From: Takakia lepidozioides
Taxonomy: Eukaryota; Plantae; Bryophyta
Reading direction: 5' to 3'
Assembly (NCBI GenBank): GCA_030704615.1
Contig: CM060734.1
Coordinates: 8,618,001-8,682,000, forward strand
DNA length: 64,000 nucleotides
Position 1 is the first letter of the stretch. Every line of letters begins with the position of its first letter. Positions 1 to 12,097 of the stretch are shown in pieces. Under the pieces are notes generated by a model. That model was given only the letters and a program-made list of their open reading frames with translations. It did not search any database and was not told the origin of the DNA. Both the position numbers and the translations under genes were made by a program.

Positions 1-2016
1 AGGGCACCTGCATCCACCGCAAGAACTCATATGGTTGGCTGGTCATCAACCCAGCCTCACCATAGAAACACTGGTGGTCTTGCTGGTCATCACTCCAGCC
101 TCACCACCGACAGCATACTCTAGGATTGACCGGTGATCAAATCCGGCCTAATCCCTATGAAAGCAAGCGCCCACACAAAACCAACATGGCGCACAGTCAA
201 GCATGCATGTGTTGGGGGGGATCCAAACACAAGAAATCAAAACATCAACACCCCCACACCAAAATCCAGCAGCAACGCTGATCCTGCAGAATATCCCAGC
301 CCAAACCCCCGGACTGACTGCCTCCACCAAGAGAGGCTTTGGCAACTACAAGTACAAGGTAATGAAAATAGTACAGAGATGGAGGGGAAGAATAGAAGCC
401 CGACCCAGCAAACTCTAATCCTGATCTATGCTATCAACTGCCAGACTTCTCTCAAAGTGCCTTGCTCTGCATGATGGTAAGGTGTAGGAGGTATATCTAT
501 GTCCAGAAACCTGCCACTAACCTTGTCCCAAGCTACAGTAGCTCGCTCTAACCACCCTCCTCCTCTTTTTGCCAAGTAGAGACAAAGCAACACTCTGCTA
601 TCTCCCGCTCACTGAACACTAAGAAAACAAAGGTAGAGTTTGATAGTCTCTCAACTCGAAAGCTTTGAGACGGTTGCGGGTGTCCTCATTGCGAATGACT
701 GTATCTCCTTCAAACAGAACAAACTTGTCCTCGCTAATGAACCCCCGTCGTGGTTGCCTTGTGCAGAGCGTGTCCGGCTGCAACGCTGTCTGATTGCACA
801 AACTTGTGTAGCTCCTGCTCCTTGCTCCAGTACACCCAGCCTTGTGGCTGAGTACACCCCTTGCCTTGTGGCTGAACACCTTGGTCCCCGGGCTGTCTTT
901 GGCTGTGTTCCAAGCCTAGCTTTCACCCACTTTGGTATTTCACTTACAGCTGCAGAACTGCTGGCTCCAACAGAGTTCTGACTGTCCAAAGCGATATTGA
1001 GGCCCTCAACGCCAACTACAGCAGTCTGTTGTCTACTGCTAATGCCTGACTCCCAGTATGCAATCAACTCGTCCAACTGTTCTCCACTCAAATCAGTCTG
1101 AGTTCCTTGGGAAACATAAATCATGTCCCCTTGTGTGCACAGGCTAAGAGAAGAGACCTGCCCTTCAATTACGTCCTCATTTCCCCCAGCCATACAAGGA
1201 GTACATCCACAGATTTGTCTCTCATATAGACCAGCACAGGTTCTAGAAACAGAATTGTGGATCTTTCATGGCACACTCACACTCTAAAAATTCCATAGAT
1301 TTTTAGTAGAGTCCTAAAAATAAAAACCAGATCTAGATTGGTAGATTTCCCCTTTCTGCAGCTATCCCCTCAAAAACTGGGTCAAACAGAGTCCATTTGA
1401 CAAAGATATGACCAATTTGGCTTTAAATCATTTAAATTAGATCAAAATGCCCTGTTTATTTTTTATTTTTTTTTTTTTTTTTTTCTAAGGTTTTCAAATT
1501 TAAAAATTTAAAGTTACACCCAAACTATCTGGTAACTGGTTCCCGGTTCCCTACGCTCTATATGGTTTCCTAGGTTCCCTGGCCACGTGCCCTATAATTC
1601 ACACCTTGCTCCAGTCTTCTGCATACCGAGAGTGAGAGAGAGAGAGAGAGGAAGGGAACTGTGGCACTCAGTAGTGTCTTGTTGTGAAAGAGAGTGGATT
1701 CCGTGATTGCTTGCAGGCTTGCGCACCAAGAGAGGGGGAGGAAAGACATGTTTATGGACATGTTTATGGACGCCATGTACAGGCGAGGGGTCACTCACAG
1801 TCTGTTCGAGGCCTTGGTGGCTAACGATAAATCACTGAGGAGGATTACCAACGGGAAGCACTGGACTTTGTGCTGGAGCTTGCGGGTCCCCGGCCCATTC
1901 CAATTACGGGGGAGAAAGCCCTGGCTCCTGAATCGCCCGTCTATCCCCAGCGTAGCTCGGCTCCGCTGTTCCCAAACCCGTCGTCTCCATCCTGCAGCTG
2001 AAACTCTAGCACTTTT

Positions 2017-2790
2017 GTGAATGTGAACTGCTTACTGCAGGGAAGTGGGTGTATGGGAGCATTCGAGTCCATGGATGCAACACCGCTTGATCAGGTCATC
2101 AACGATGCAATTGACTGGAGTTTCCGTAAGCAGAATCCAGAGGGCTATTGGGCGGGCCAGGTCGAATCAGGCTGTACAATGGAAGCGGAGTGGATTCTGG
2201 CTATGCATTTCCTGGGCGTTACAGATGACCCAAAGAAAGAAAAAGTCGTGCGTTGCATTCGGAGCCTGCAAAGAACTGACGGATCCTGGGACACTTATCA
2301 TGAAGCTCCTGCAGGTGACCTTAGCACCACCGTCAAGTGTTATGTGGCCTTAAAAGCGTCAGGATCCAACCCAATGAAGCATCCATGGTAGCGGCTCGAA
2401 AATGGATTTCTGAACATGGTGGATTTCAATCTTTACGACTTTAGCTGCTGGGCAAGGGAAACAGTCGTCCCCCTGACCATCCTTTCTGCTCGGCGCCCAA
2501 TACGTCCGCTGCCGCTTGACTTTTGTTGTCATGAGCTCCATGAACCAGAGGACATGAAACAACGTCAAAGCAAGAAAACTACTCTTTCAAATCTCGCCAG
2601 ACATGTCTGTGAAAGTTTTTTCCTCTACTTCGACAAGTTCCTCATATGGTATGGTAAGAGCCGTTCCAAGCCTGGCCGTGAGGTGGCCATCGTATGCTGC
2701 TTGGCCTGGATCCTCCGGCGACAAGATTCTGACGGCACTTGCTGTGGTGTACAACCTCCTTGGGTGTACTCGTTGATGGCGTTGAGCTAT
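2017..2790 (+). pseudogene. shc: Squalene-hopene cyclase (bacterial-type), N-terminal half, pseudogene
   Basis: QW-type repeats and SHC motifs: QNPEGYWAGQVESGCTMEAEWILAMHFLG, QRTDGSW..Y....GDLSTTVKCYVALK, FNLYDFSCWARETVVPLTILSARRP, WILRRQDSDG..GVQPPWVYSLMAL. There is a frameshift near 2370 and an internal deletion near 2422. The fragment is truncated before the DxDD catalytic motif and has no introns. Confidence 0.9.
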
Positions 2791-3806
2791 ATATCTCCTG
2801 CTTACTGTAGGGAATCAGGCCAGAGTACGTTCGTCGTTCGTTTCTGCTGAATTGGTCAGAAGACAATTCCAAGCCCGGATCCTAGGGCGCATACAATGCA
2901 GCAACCCCAAGAACGGAAAGCGCAAAGTTCTGCTGTTGGCAAGGCTCCATAGCAACCATATACACGGAACTCCGTCCTCTGCGCATTGCGAAGAGGATGC
3001 CGCTTTTCTACTCCATAGCCCTGCCCCTTAACCCGCTGCATGGCGCTCTTGCATGATCAAAGCAAATGATTGACAAAGAAGCTGAAGCTAAATTTTGGTC
3101 CAAGACCGACCCCGATACAAGAAACAATTGCAACAGCAGGCTCCTCTATAAGCTTACTGGTGAAACGATCATCCAGCTTCAAGGATCATGCATAGGTGCC
3201 AACTAGCATTTGCTGCTGCATTTTTAAGTATCTCCTTGTGTACCCCAAAGCCTCTAGTGACTTGGTAGCTTCAGCGACTGCAATAACAGTGGCGGCTCTG
3301 GCATCGTCATCCTCCAGGCGTTTCAAGGCACGCTGAATCTTGTGGTCACATTCAATGATATGCTTCTCAAACTAAGCACTACTTATACGCATGTAATCTT
3401 GCAAGTGCTAACCCTCAACTCCTACCTTGCACTCACAGGTAAGAGAGCATCTCTCTCGAGTGATAGAAATCCAACGAACACATTGTTGACACAAAACATG
3501 AAAACCAAACCATCACTCTTAGAAATAGTAGTCGAGCCAGGGGCACCCCAAGCTATGGGGACTCCACCCCACAACAACCTGTATCCCTACATAAGCACAC
3601 TCAAATCTAAACGCATGCAGGAGCTCGGTCGCGCAGGCTCAACTCGAGAGAGATGAGCTGCGCGACTGCCGCTCTCGTGAAGATAAGACGGACCCGGTGT
3701 CAAACTAAACTTGACACCTGATTTAACACTTGACTTAAATCCAAGTGTTAAATACAAATAACTAGTTTTATTCTAGCTGTTTTCACACTGTGCTTATTTA
3801 ACTTGA

Positions 3807-3995
3807 CATAACGCAGAACACTCCGCAACGGGAGCCTCCCCCTTCCAAGTGGTCTACGGGAAAGTACCTTTGGTGCCTACGACTTGGGCCGCCCAAGGGA
3901 CAAAAGATGGGGCCAAAGAGGATGGCGAGAAGGTTCCAGCGGCAATGGCGGTGTTGGAGGAACGTAAGCATTTGTTGGAGCTTGCAAAAGAGGTT
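3807..3995 (+). mobile_element. Ty3/Gypsy integrase C-terminal fragment
   Basis: Translates to NAEHSATGASPFQVVYGKVPLVP, the conserved post-core integrase motif (HSxTGxSPFxxxYG). Confidence 0.7.
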
Positions 3996-5813
3996 TACTA
4001 TTTCATGAGCTCATGAGCGTGCATCCCCCGGGGAAGTCACTTCCAAAAATTTCCAACCGACGTGCAAAAAAATATAGGGTGCAATTTATTCAGAAAAGAT
4101 AAAAATTTGTGATCAGGGAATTTAAATTAATATAGGATCTAAAATAATGATTCATTTAAAATATATATATACTATAGGGTTGAGATAATACCTATGAATA
4201 TTTCCAAAAATATATACATGTTCTTAGGGGAAGGATATATATATTTGTATGTAGCTTACTGGTAAAATGGTGGCTAGGTAGGATTCAAAAAATGAGAAGG
4301 AAGGCAGGAGGCAGGTGGGGGATACCGCGACAGCCTATTGATCTCCTAAATAGACCAACCACACCAGTTATGGTGTTATTAAAGTACTTCTCAAAATCTA
4401 GAGGACAATTTAAATTCAAATATGATCATACCGACAACAAGTGAGTAGATGTAGACTCAATTATTAGTTCAATCACTATGACTTTCGATAGAGCACAAAA
4501 CGTTTATACTTTGAATGCTGATGATGCGAATGCTTTAAATGAATTTATTTCAACCAAATAATAAATTCATTTGTCTTGTAAAAAAAAATCTTTTATTGTA
4601 TTATTAATATAGGGTGTCTAATATTTGTTGAAACAAAAATAAATAAATAAAATAGCATGCCAAAAATTCACCATATTACAAAATTATGTAATTATAGGGT
4701 ACTAAAAGATACCCAAAGTAAAAGTAATACCCCCCTACAAAATACCCATTTATCTCGCGTGCCCTATACAAGCTCTGCCTAGTAAGAGATCATTATGTTT
4801 AGTAGAATTGTATACAGTGTGCAATATGAATATTTGCAATGGAAAATGGTGAATTTGAACCTTTCTGTCCTCATTGTACACTAGATGCTGAGGGGGAGGC
4901 ACTGCACATTGTTTGCCATGTCTTTCTACTGTTGTGTGGTCTGAGCTACCCAACTAAGATACAGACATCCAGGACCCATGCAAACCTGGAGGCCTCGGCA
5001 CTCAGCTAAAATGGTCTAGCTTTCTATTCAAGGAGCAATCTGGCACTACTGATTTAAATGAAACTTGTCCCTCCGCATCAGCCCTGCCGCCTGCGCATTC
5101 AACATACTATCTAGTTTCGGGCCCTTACTATCTAAAGAAACATAACCAACAATCAACATTTAGCCTAATGGTAAGGGCATCATACACTGCTTCACTAGTG
5201 TTTGTGGATTCAAACCAAATGTTGGATGTCTAAAGGTAAAGGTGTCCACCTTCCACCGGAAGGCAGTAGCTCTTCGCATCAAGAGACCATATAATTTACG
5301 CTTGTTTTTTTTTTTCATTTTTGCGTAGGCGTGGACGCGGCTACAAAATGCTAGGGCTAAGTGCAGAGGTGGTGACTATCAGAATGTCCACCTGGATCCT
5401 ACCTGACTACAAGTTTGCTGATCTACTGTATAATAGGGCAATTTTTTTCACAGCATGTATATATTGCAAGGCCGACGCATTTGGAAATGGGGGCAGAAAG
5501 AGATGGCTCCATGAACCCATGTACTGTTGAACTTTGAAAAAGCCAAGGTAGAAATTCAGGCACCATATCAGTTTACCAAGCTGACACCATTTTTTGCTCT
5601 CTTTGATGACATTTTGCAAGTGGAATTAAAGAAAATAGAGCCTAAAAGAGCAATACAAGAAAATCGAGGGGGTTATGGAGGTGTTGGAAGGGGAGATGGA
5701 TACAATGTTGGTGGTAGTGCAGGTGGTTATGGAGGGTATGGCGAAGGAGGAGCATATGACAACATGGTGGGTGAAGGTTATGGGAGTTCATACAGGTCGG
5801 GAGGTGGGGGTTA

Positions 5814-6726
5814 TGTTGAGCGGTTTTTACTCACCCATCCCTTAGCTATCTGGGGTGAAAACTCTAGGTTAGAAAAGTTAGAAATCTGCAAATACTCAGC
5901 TCGCACTGAACAATCAGTCATGACCCACACCTAGTGTATCATGAGGGTGGTTTCCTATATCTATTCTTTCTTGCATTCATGTTTAATAAGTTACCCGACT
6001 GTCTAAGATTAAGTATCAGATTGCTTCTGCAATCTACTAAGTTCCATCTTTACAACTTAAGCATACATTCCACAGCTTCACTAAGTCTCTCTAAAAAGAG
6101 TGAGTATGAAATAAGAATCGTATTAATAACTATAATGTATCAGGCCCAGCCATGGTGTCTCTATTTTGCCCTACAGTACATCTCCACAAGTTGCATGTAT
6201 CAAACTTCATCAGATCGTCTCTCCTCCTCCGTGTGCTCCAAGATCGTGCTATAAGAAGTAATCCCCTCCATGTAGCTACTCTGCATAATGTATCTGCACG
6301 TTGTTTTAGCTGCTTAACTAATTAACTGTCAGCCAAGACAGTACGTAAGTACTATCGTTCCCTATGTTGATGATGTTCCCGTATTCTCGTTCCCCGCCAG
6401 TGAGAACAGTATCTTGTGACTTGTGTCGGCTGTGTCATGTGGTGCTGTGACGGACTGTCTCGACTGTGTGCTGTGTCGGGATGGTCAGCTGTGTCGGGCT
6501 GTGAACTGTGTCGGGTTGTAACTGGCTGTGTCGGGCTGTAACTGTGACGAACTGTGACAGACTGTGATAGGCTGTGTAAGCATGTGACTGCTGACTGTGT
6601 GAGCCTGTGTCTGCCACCTCTAAGGCCTATGCTGGTCTGAGTCTGCCACACCTTAAGGCCTGCGCAAAATTAAGGGTACCCCACAGAACCCATAAAACTG
6701 TCTAAGTCCCAGACAGCCCTGTAACA
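5814..6726 (-). repeat. 3' LTR of a Gypsy element (extra-ORF family), copy 1
   Basis: The minus strand reads TGTTACAGGG...GCTCAACA, preceded by a polypurine tract (6730-6748). It is homologous to 40112-40756 and contains internal TGTGTC/CTGTGA short repeats. Confidence 0.85.
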
Positions 6727-6749
6727 TTATCCCCCCACCTCTCAAAAAG

Positions 6750-8270
6750 TCGTGTCCTCACGGTTTACTGCTTAGGGCCATCAGTATGCTCATGAGAGCC
6801 TTTATGCTCTGTGTATGAGCCCGAGCCTTGTCTTTGGCTGGTGGGGATGACTGCCGACTTGGTGGAGCAAACTGTCTTGTCTTGGGTTGATATGGTGGCA
6901 ATTTCTCAGGCATAAGAGATCATCGTCGTCTTTTCTCCTCCATTGCTTTCTCATAGTCCTTAGCCATGTCAAAATTGTCATCTAAATAACCAGTGGTATT
7001 ATAATCATTGTCCCCCCTCTGGCCTTTCTGTTTCCTGGCCTTCTGTTGCACTTCAGGAAGTTTAATTGGCATATAGTGTATGCCCACCATGTCTGGAACA
7101 CTATGTAATAAGATTTGTGCCAGCTTCTTTCGGGCAAGACCAGTATATGCCCGTAGCTCTTCATCTGTATAGCTGAGTGGCTTGCCTATCACCTTTGAAA
7201 TTGCAGCCATTTCCTGGCCTCATGCCCCTTGGAAAAAATGTGGTTAAAGTCCAAGTTCTCTTTTTCTAAGTGCTCCAGAGCAGAAGAAAACCAAAGACGG
7301 AGTTGTGGATCCCGTTGAAGCATGACCCTCACATCATATAGATACTTGTGGTCTGGAACTAGAGGTAATGTCCAATGTTCACCATTGGAATAAGTCTAGT
7401 ACCTCATCTGCATTTTCTGCTGCTCGGTGTGGTAGCGTAAAACAAAGCAAGCAACATAGTATGTTCCACAGCCCATGACAAGACTAGGAACTTCTCTGGT
7501 CTTGGTGTAGATAAACCCATGAATGACCTGGAAGGCAAGTAATTCCTTCAGCATTGTTCCTGCCTCAGCCCAACAACGTGCGAAATGATGATCCTCAATA
7601 GGCATATCGGTTGGAAGAACCTTGGTCCGAGTTACCAATGGCAACCAAATGCGCATAATTTGGTAATAATGTGCCAAGGACTCAGGAGGACTGAATTCTT
7701 TCCAAGCCACATCCATAACTATGGGAATTTGGTTGAAGGGAAGAACCACAGCTCTGCTATATTCAAGAGCAGCAGAAGTAGTAGGTGGGTTAAGAGAAGA
7801 GTCACCCCAGACATCAGGTACTGATTGCTGCTATGCCATGGTATGAACACTGGCTATCTGAAGTGGCTGCTGTGAAGTTGACACAGCCCCTCCTTGTGCT
7901 GGCAAGGCCCGTACTTCTTGCGCTGGAAATTGAAAGACCAAAGTTCTTGCCCGCAAGAAAGTAGCCAGTAGCTGTTCCTCCGGAACAAATGCCCTCTTCT
8001 CAATGTTGGAACTCAACTCATCCACTTGAGTCTGAAGTCCTTCCACATCCTCCTGCAACTCGGCTATTCGACTATAGACATTGTCTATGGTTGTTGTGGC
8101 AATATTCTGCACCCGTTTCCTGAGATCATTCATCTCATCTTGAGTCAATTTCCTAGGTGTTTTTCCTTCCACTGGCCTTTGTAACCACTCTTGTAAGAGG
8201 TGATTGTCCACCAAGTCCTGTGTAGCACTTCGGATACCCTGCTCCTCCTTGAGCCTGTATTCGTCCAACT
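6750..8270 (-). mobile_element. C-terminal part of the Gypsy extra ORF (ORF2), degraded, 5' truncated
   Basis: ORFs 7831-8268, 7396-7749 and 6920-7210 align by eye with ORF2 at 49790-51220 (VQNIATTTIDNVYSRIAELQEDV, WKEFSPP.SLAHYYQIMRIWLP, PDMVG.H.MP). Confidence 0.9.
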
Positions 8271-8699
8271 GCTGTTATGGGCAGTTGCAGGGTTGGGTGG
8301 ACCAAAAACAGCAGATCATGCTCCATGTAAGTCCATGACCAAAAACAAAAAATTGATGATACTATCCAAAAAAACAATTTAGTGATAGATAATGGTATAC
8401 TAAACATATTTAGTAAAGAGTCCTACCCCAAATATTAAAGATATAATTCATTAAATATTTTAGTCTATTATTTAGAAAAAATATGAAAAACTAAAAATTA
8501 GAGTTTACAAAAAACTTTCAATATGCCACCTAGCCATTGAAGATTATAGGTTTTTATACTTCTAGAAAAAAAATGACACCCAAAATCCAAAAAACAAAAT
8601 AAACTATGGACTTTTCAAAAAACGCCTATTTTTTTTACATATATTAGTCCATATGAGTCAAATAACAAATGATTTTGCCACTTCAAATCAATTTATCAA

Positions 8700-9268
8700 G
8701 GACAAGGCGTACATGGCGACCATGTTCTTCTTCATTTTATGAAAATATCAAAATGTGATTGAAATAGATGACTACAAAGTCATCTAAAAATTCTCGAAAT
8801 ATGTCATTCATAATGTGTTGAAAAATTGTTGGAGCATTTGTAAGACCGAAAGGCATAACACTGTATTCGAAATGTCCGTACTTTGTGCGAAAAGTAGTCT
8901 TCCATTCGTCTTCTTCTTTTATTCGTACAAGGTTGTAAGCTCCTCTCAAGTCGATCTTTGTGAAAAAATTTGCACGTCCAAGTTGTTCGAGGAGTCCGGA
9001 AATCAGCGGTAGTGGGTAACGATTTTTTATAGTGACTTTGTTGAGCCCACAATAGTCCACACACATGCGTAACGATCAGTCCTTCTTCTTCACAAATAAG
9101 ATAGGTGCTCCCGCAGGTGATTTTGAATGTCAAATGAAATTCTTTGACAAATTTTCATCAATGTATTCGCGTAAAGCAGCCAGCTCCGTCTGAGATAAAT
9201 TGTAGATCGGGCCGAATGGTGGTTGAGCTCCTTCTTGCAACTCAATTGCACAATCATAAGGTCGATGT
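8700..9268 (-). mobile_element. Ty3/Gypsy chromovirus-like (Tcn1/Tf-like) reverse transcriptase fragment
   Basis: [21 protein letters not shown]...[43 protein letters not shown]; the YxDD motif is degenerate and the fragment is truncated on both sides. Confidence 0.9.
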
Positions 9269-9597
9269 CATCGGGGGGTTTTTTTTTTTAAACTTTTTTA
9301 TACCTGTCTTGCCCCGTATTTAGGTCCTGTCAGATGAAGTCATTTTTTCATCCAGGTTGGATTGAAAAAACTGACGGGAGTTTTGCAATCAGTATATTCC
9401 AGTTTGATGTTCGGATGAAGCAAAAAACCTCACAGGTATTTAGTGAAGAAATGTTTCACTAGGGAAAAAATGTATTTTGGATGAAAAACATCCAAAATTC
9501 CCTGCAACCCAATTTTTTCAATTTTTTTAAAAATGGAAGTCGGGACAACAATTCCATAAACCCAGTTTCGAGAGGAAGAGAGAGGGAGAGAGAGGGA
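9269..9597. repeat. ~330 bp direct repeat (module end), near-identical to 12776-13109
   Basis: Both copies run from CATCGGGG-polyT-AACTTTTTTATACCTGTC through to the GAGAGAGGG tract with only scattered differences. Confidence 0.95.
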
Positions 9598-9628
9598 ATC
9601 CCACCATCCAACCCTTGGTATGGCAGGC

Positions 9629-9679
9629 CCTTACGGAGTGAGTGTGGTATGCACTCACCCCGTAAGGGAGTGCATACCA
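9629..9679. other. Conserved 51-nt two-state hairpin, copy 1
   Basis: CCTTACGGAGTGAGTGTGGTATGCACTCACCCCGTAAGGGAGTGCATACCA, identical to 18399-18449. Confidence 0.9.
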
Positions 9680-9997
9680 AACTCCTTCTCCAAAAAGGTA
9701 ACTTCTCCCTGCTCATTAGCAAATCCTTTGGAAGGTGTACCATAGAGGATTATCAAGCTATCCCTTATTCAATCTGGGTAATCAGAACAAGCATATGAAA
9801 TCGAGCATATTGCTAGGGTATGTACTAAGCATAGACCCCAAAAGGAACTAGTTATTGAAGAAATCACAGGTGTAAGAAACCACGGTATTTACTTACTCTG
9901 GTTTTTTGTGAACTCCACCATCACAAGCATATCTATTTTCAAGGAAAAGGACACACCATATTTAGGCTGTCAAAAATCACACCCAAGCGCCGACATT

Positions 9998-10411
9998 TTT
10001 GTGTGGTGCTACAAAGAGCGAAGCCACATCCAGGAGAAGCCAAAAAGCATGTGAGCCGAAGACCAACTAAATTTTGACATAAGGCATTGGCTACAGGGGA
10101 TCAGTTAGCAAGAACGATGTACAGTGACCGGATCATGTAGAAGGTGTGTACATATGCTCCAGTAGATTGTCTTACCAGGGCCTAGCTCATGATATCAACA
10201 TTCAGGGGTCTGTTTGTGTGGTGCTACTAAGAGCAAAGCCACATCTAGGAGAAGCCAAAAAGCATTTGAACCGAAGACAAACTAAATATTGATATAAGGC
10301 ATTGGCTACAAGGGACAGTTAGTAAGAGTAATGTACAGTGACCGGATCATGTAGAAGGTGTGTACATATACTCGAGTATACGGTCTTACCAGGGCCTAGC
10401 TCATAATATCA
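9998..10411. repeat. Tandem duplication, two units of ~215 bp
   Basis: TTTGTGTGGTGCTAC...CTTACCAGGGCCTAGCTCAT occurs at ~9998 and ~10214. Confidence 0.9.
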
Positions 10412-10679
10412 TAATTTATAAGTCTGTTATGCCCTGTGCTTATCTATTCTCCATGCCCAAACCATTGGTCTGCTGGAAAAAAAACATACCTGGTATGAAC
10501 CATGGTTGCACAGCTTGAATAACAAGGATTGGAGGAAGCAGCCGGAGCTAGTACCGCAAGGTCTGCAGCTCATCAATCCATTCCGGAGTGATCTTGGTGG
10601 GGTTCTGCACAAAGGCTGGAAAATCAGCATGGTAATCGATGGATAGTGCATGCAGAAACCACTAAGCATACTGGACACT

Positions 10680-12047
10680 GAGAGAGGGAAGATACTTTTT
10701 GTCATGTCAAGACAAGGTCAGGACCCCTAGGGTCGTTGTCATGAAAGAATAATCAGACATATCAGCCACTTAACAGTGGCACCATCCATCAATCATCAAG
10801 CTTAGAAAATCCAGAATTACATCCATGCACAATAATGTGTTCATGTCAGTATTATTCATAACCCAAAGAATATGCCACTGATGTTGATTGACCACCAGTC
10901 ATGATCATGATACACATTCAGAGGTCTGGGTGGGATGGCGGGTACTTGGCCATATTTTGGCCTTGATGTGTTGCAGGTCAAATGGTCATACAGATTTACT
11001 GTCCACAAGCTGTAATCCAAGCATACTTACTCAAACCCCATGGGTGTCATGGAGGGTTTTTCTTCCAAAACAAAAAGAACAAGAAGAACACTTGGACATC
11101 ACAGATTTAAATATCTTGCCCTGCCAGTATTTGTTTAGACTGGTTTGCAGCACAGCTTGCCCCCACAGGGGAGGTGGATATGTCTGGTAAGTTTTCCAGA
11201 ATACCCCTATACCTTTATTTCTTGCTACAGCTGAAAATCAAAGTTCGTGACCCAGCAAGGTAAAGATAAAGGACTGCATGCACATCATGTGACAGTATAT
11301 AATACTGTCAGTACATCCTATTCACATCATTCCACATTTGACCATGTCATTACACCATGTCCAGGGGGTATTTCCACTTGACCACCCTGGCTGCCTCAAA
11401 AACCAGTTACCAGTTATATATTGCTGCCATATTTCATTGTCAGCGGAATATCCACAGGCAGAATCTTCACCATACCCTGGCCTAAGCATCTAGCTAACAA
11501 AGCCATCCGGGTTGGAACATAACAGGGGCCAACATGGGTACCCGAATAGCTGCAACAAACAGTTCATTGCAGCCTCTCAAATTGTTTCCAACTACCATAA
11601 GGTAAGCAAAGCAAACTAGGGCCTGGAAAACAGATGTGTGTCTCTCACACAAGCCATCATAAACCCGACTGTCACAACAAAGCAGAGGTCTTCCATTGGC
11701 TGGGCCGAAAATAGCCCATCGAAGAAAGCCTTACACTTGTTCTTCAAAAATAAAGGAAGGAAAGAGGTAGGATCAAGAAAAACCATAGAGTAATTTAGTT
11801 TTTCAACATTTTAAGATGAGTCCCTGGCAAGCGATTCCTTCCCCTGCTCTGCAATCCCACTTAGCATCCAGCAGCACCTAGACATCAGAATATTGAGTGG
11901 AAGCCCTCACCTATGCCCGTCCCAAAAACAACCACAACGTATTGTGAGTTAGTGAGGATGCACGAGGTGAGTAGCAGGGTTCCACACTTGCTATCGAGGT
12001 CAAATACACTTCAATCTAAGCGCAGAGAACGCCAAAGAAAGCAGGGA

Positions 12048-12097
<50 letters not shown>

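Noticed and set aside
1-1200. Coding region (ORF 651-1193 and neighbours)
   Set aside because: Short tandem repeats and no recognisable motif; probably a degraded retroelement that cannot be assigned.
5527-5934. Glycine-rich protein gene
   Set aside because: A chimeric frame: a short Gly-rich fragment runs into the LTR at 5814, with no supported start or gene structure.
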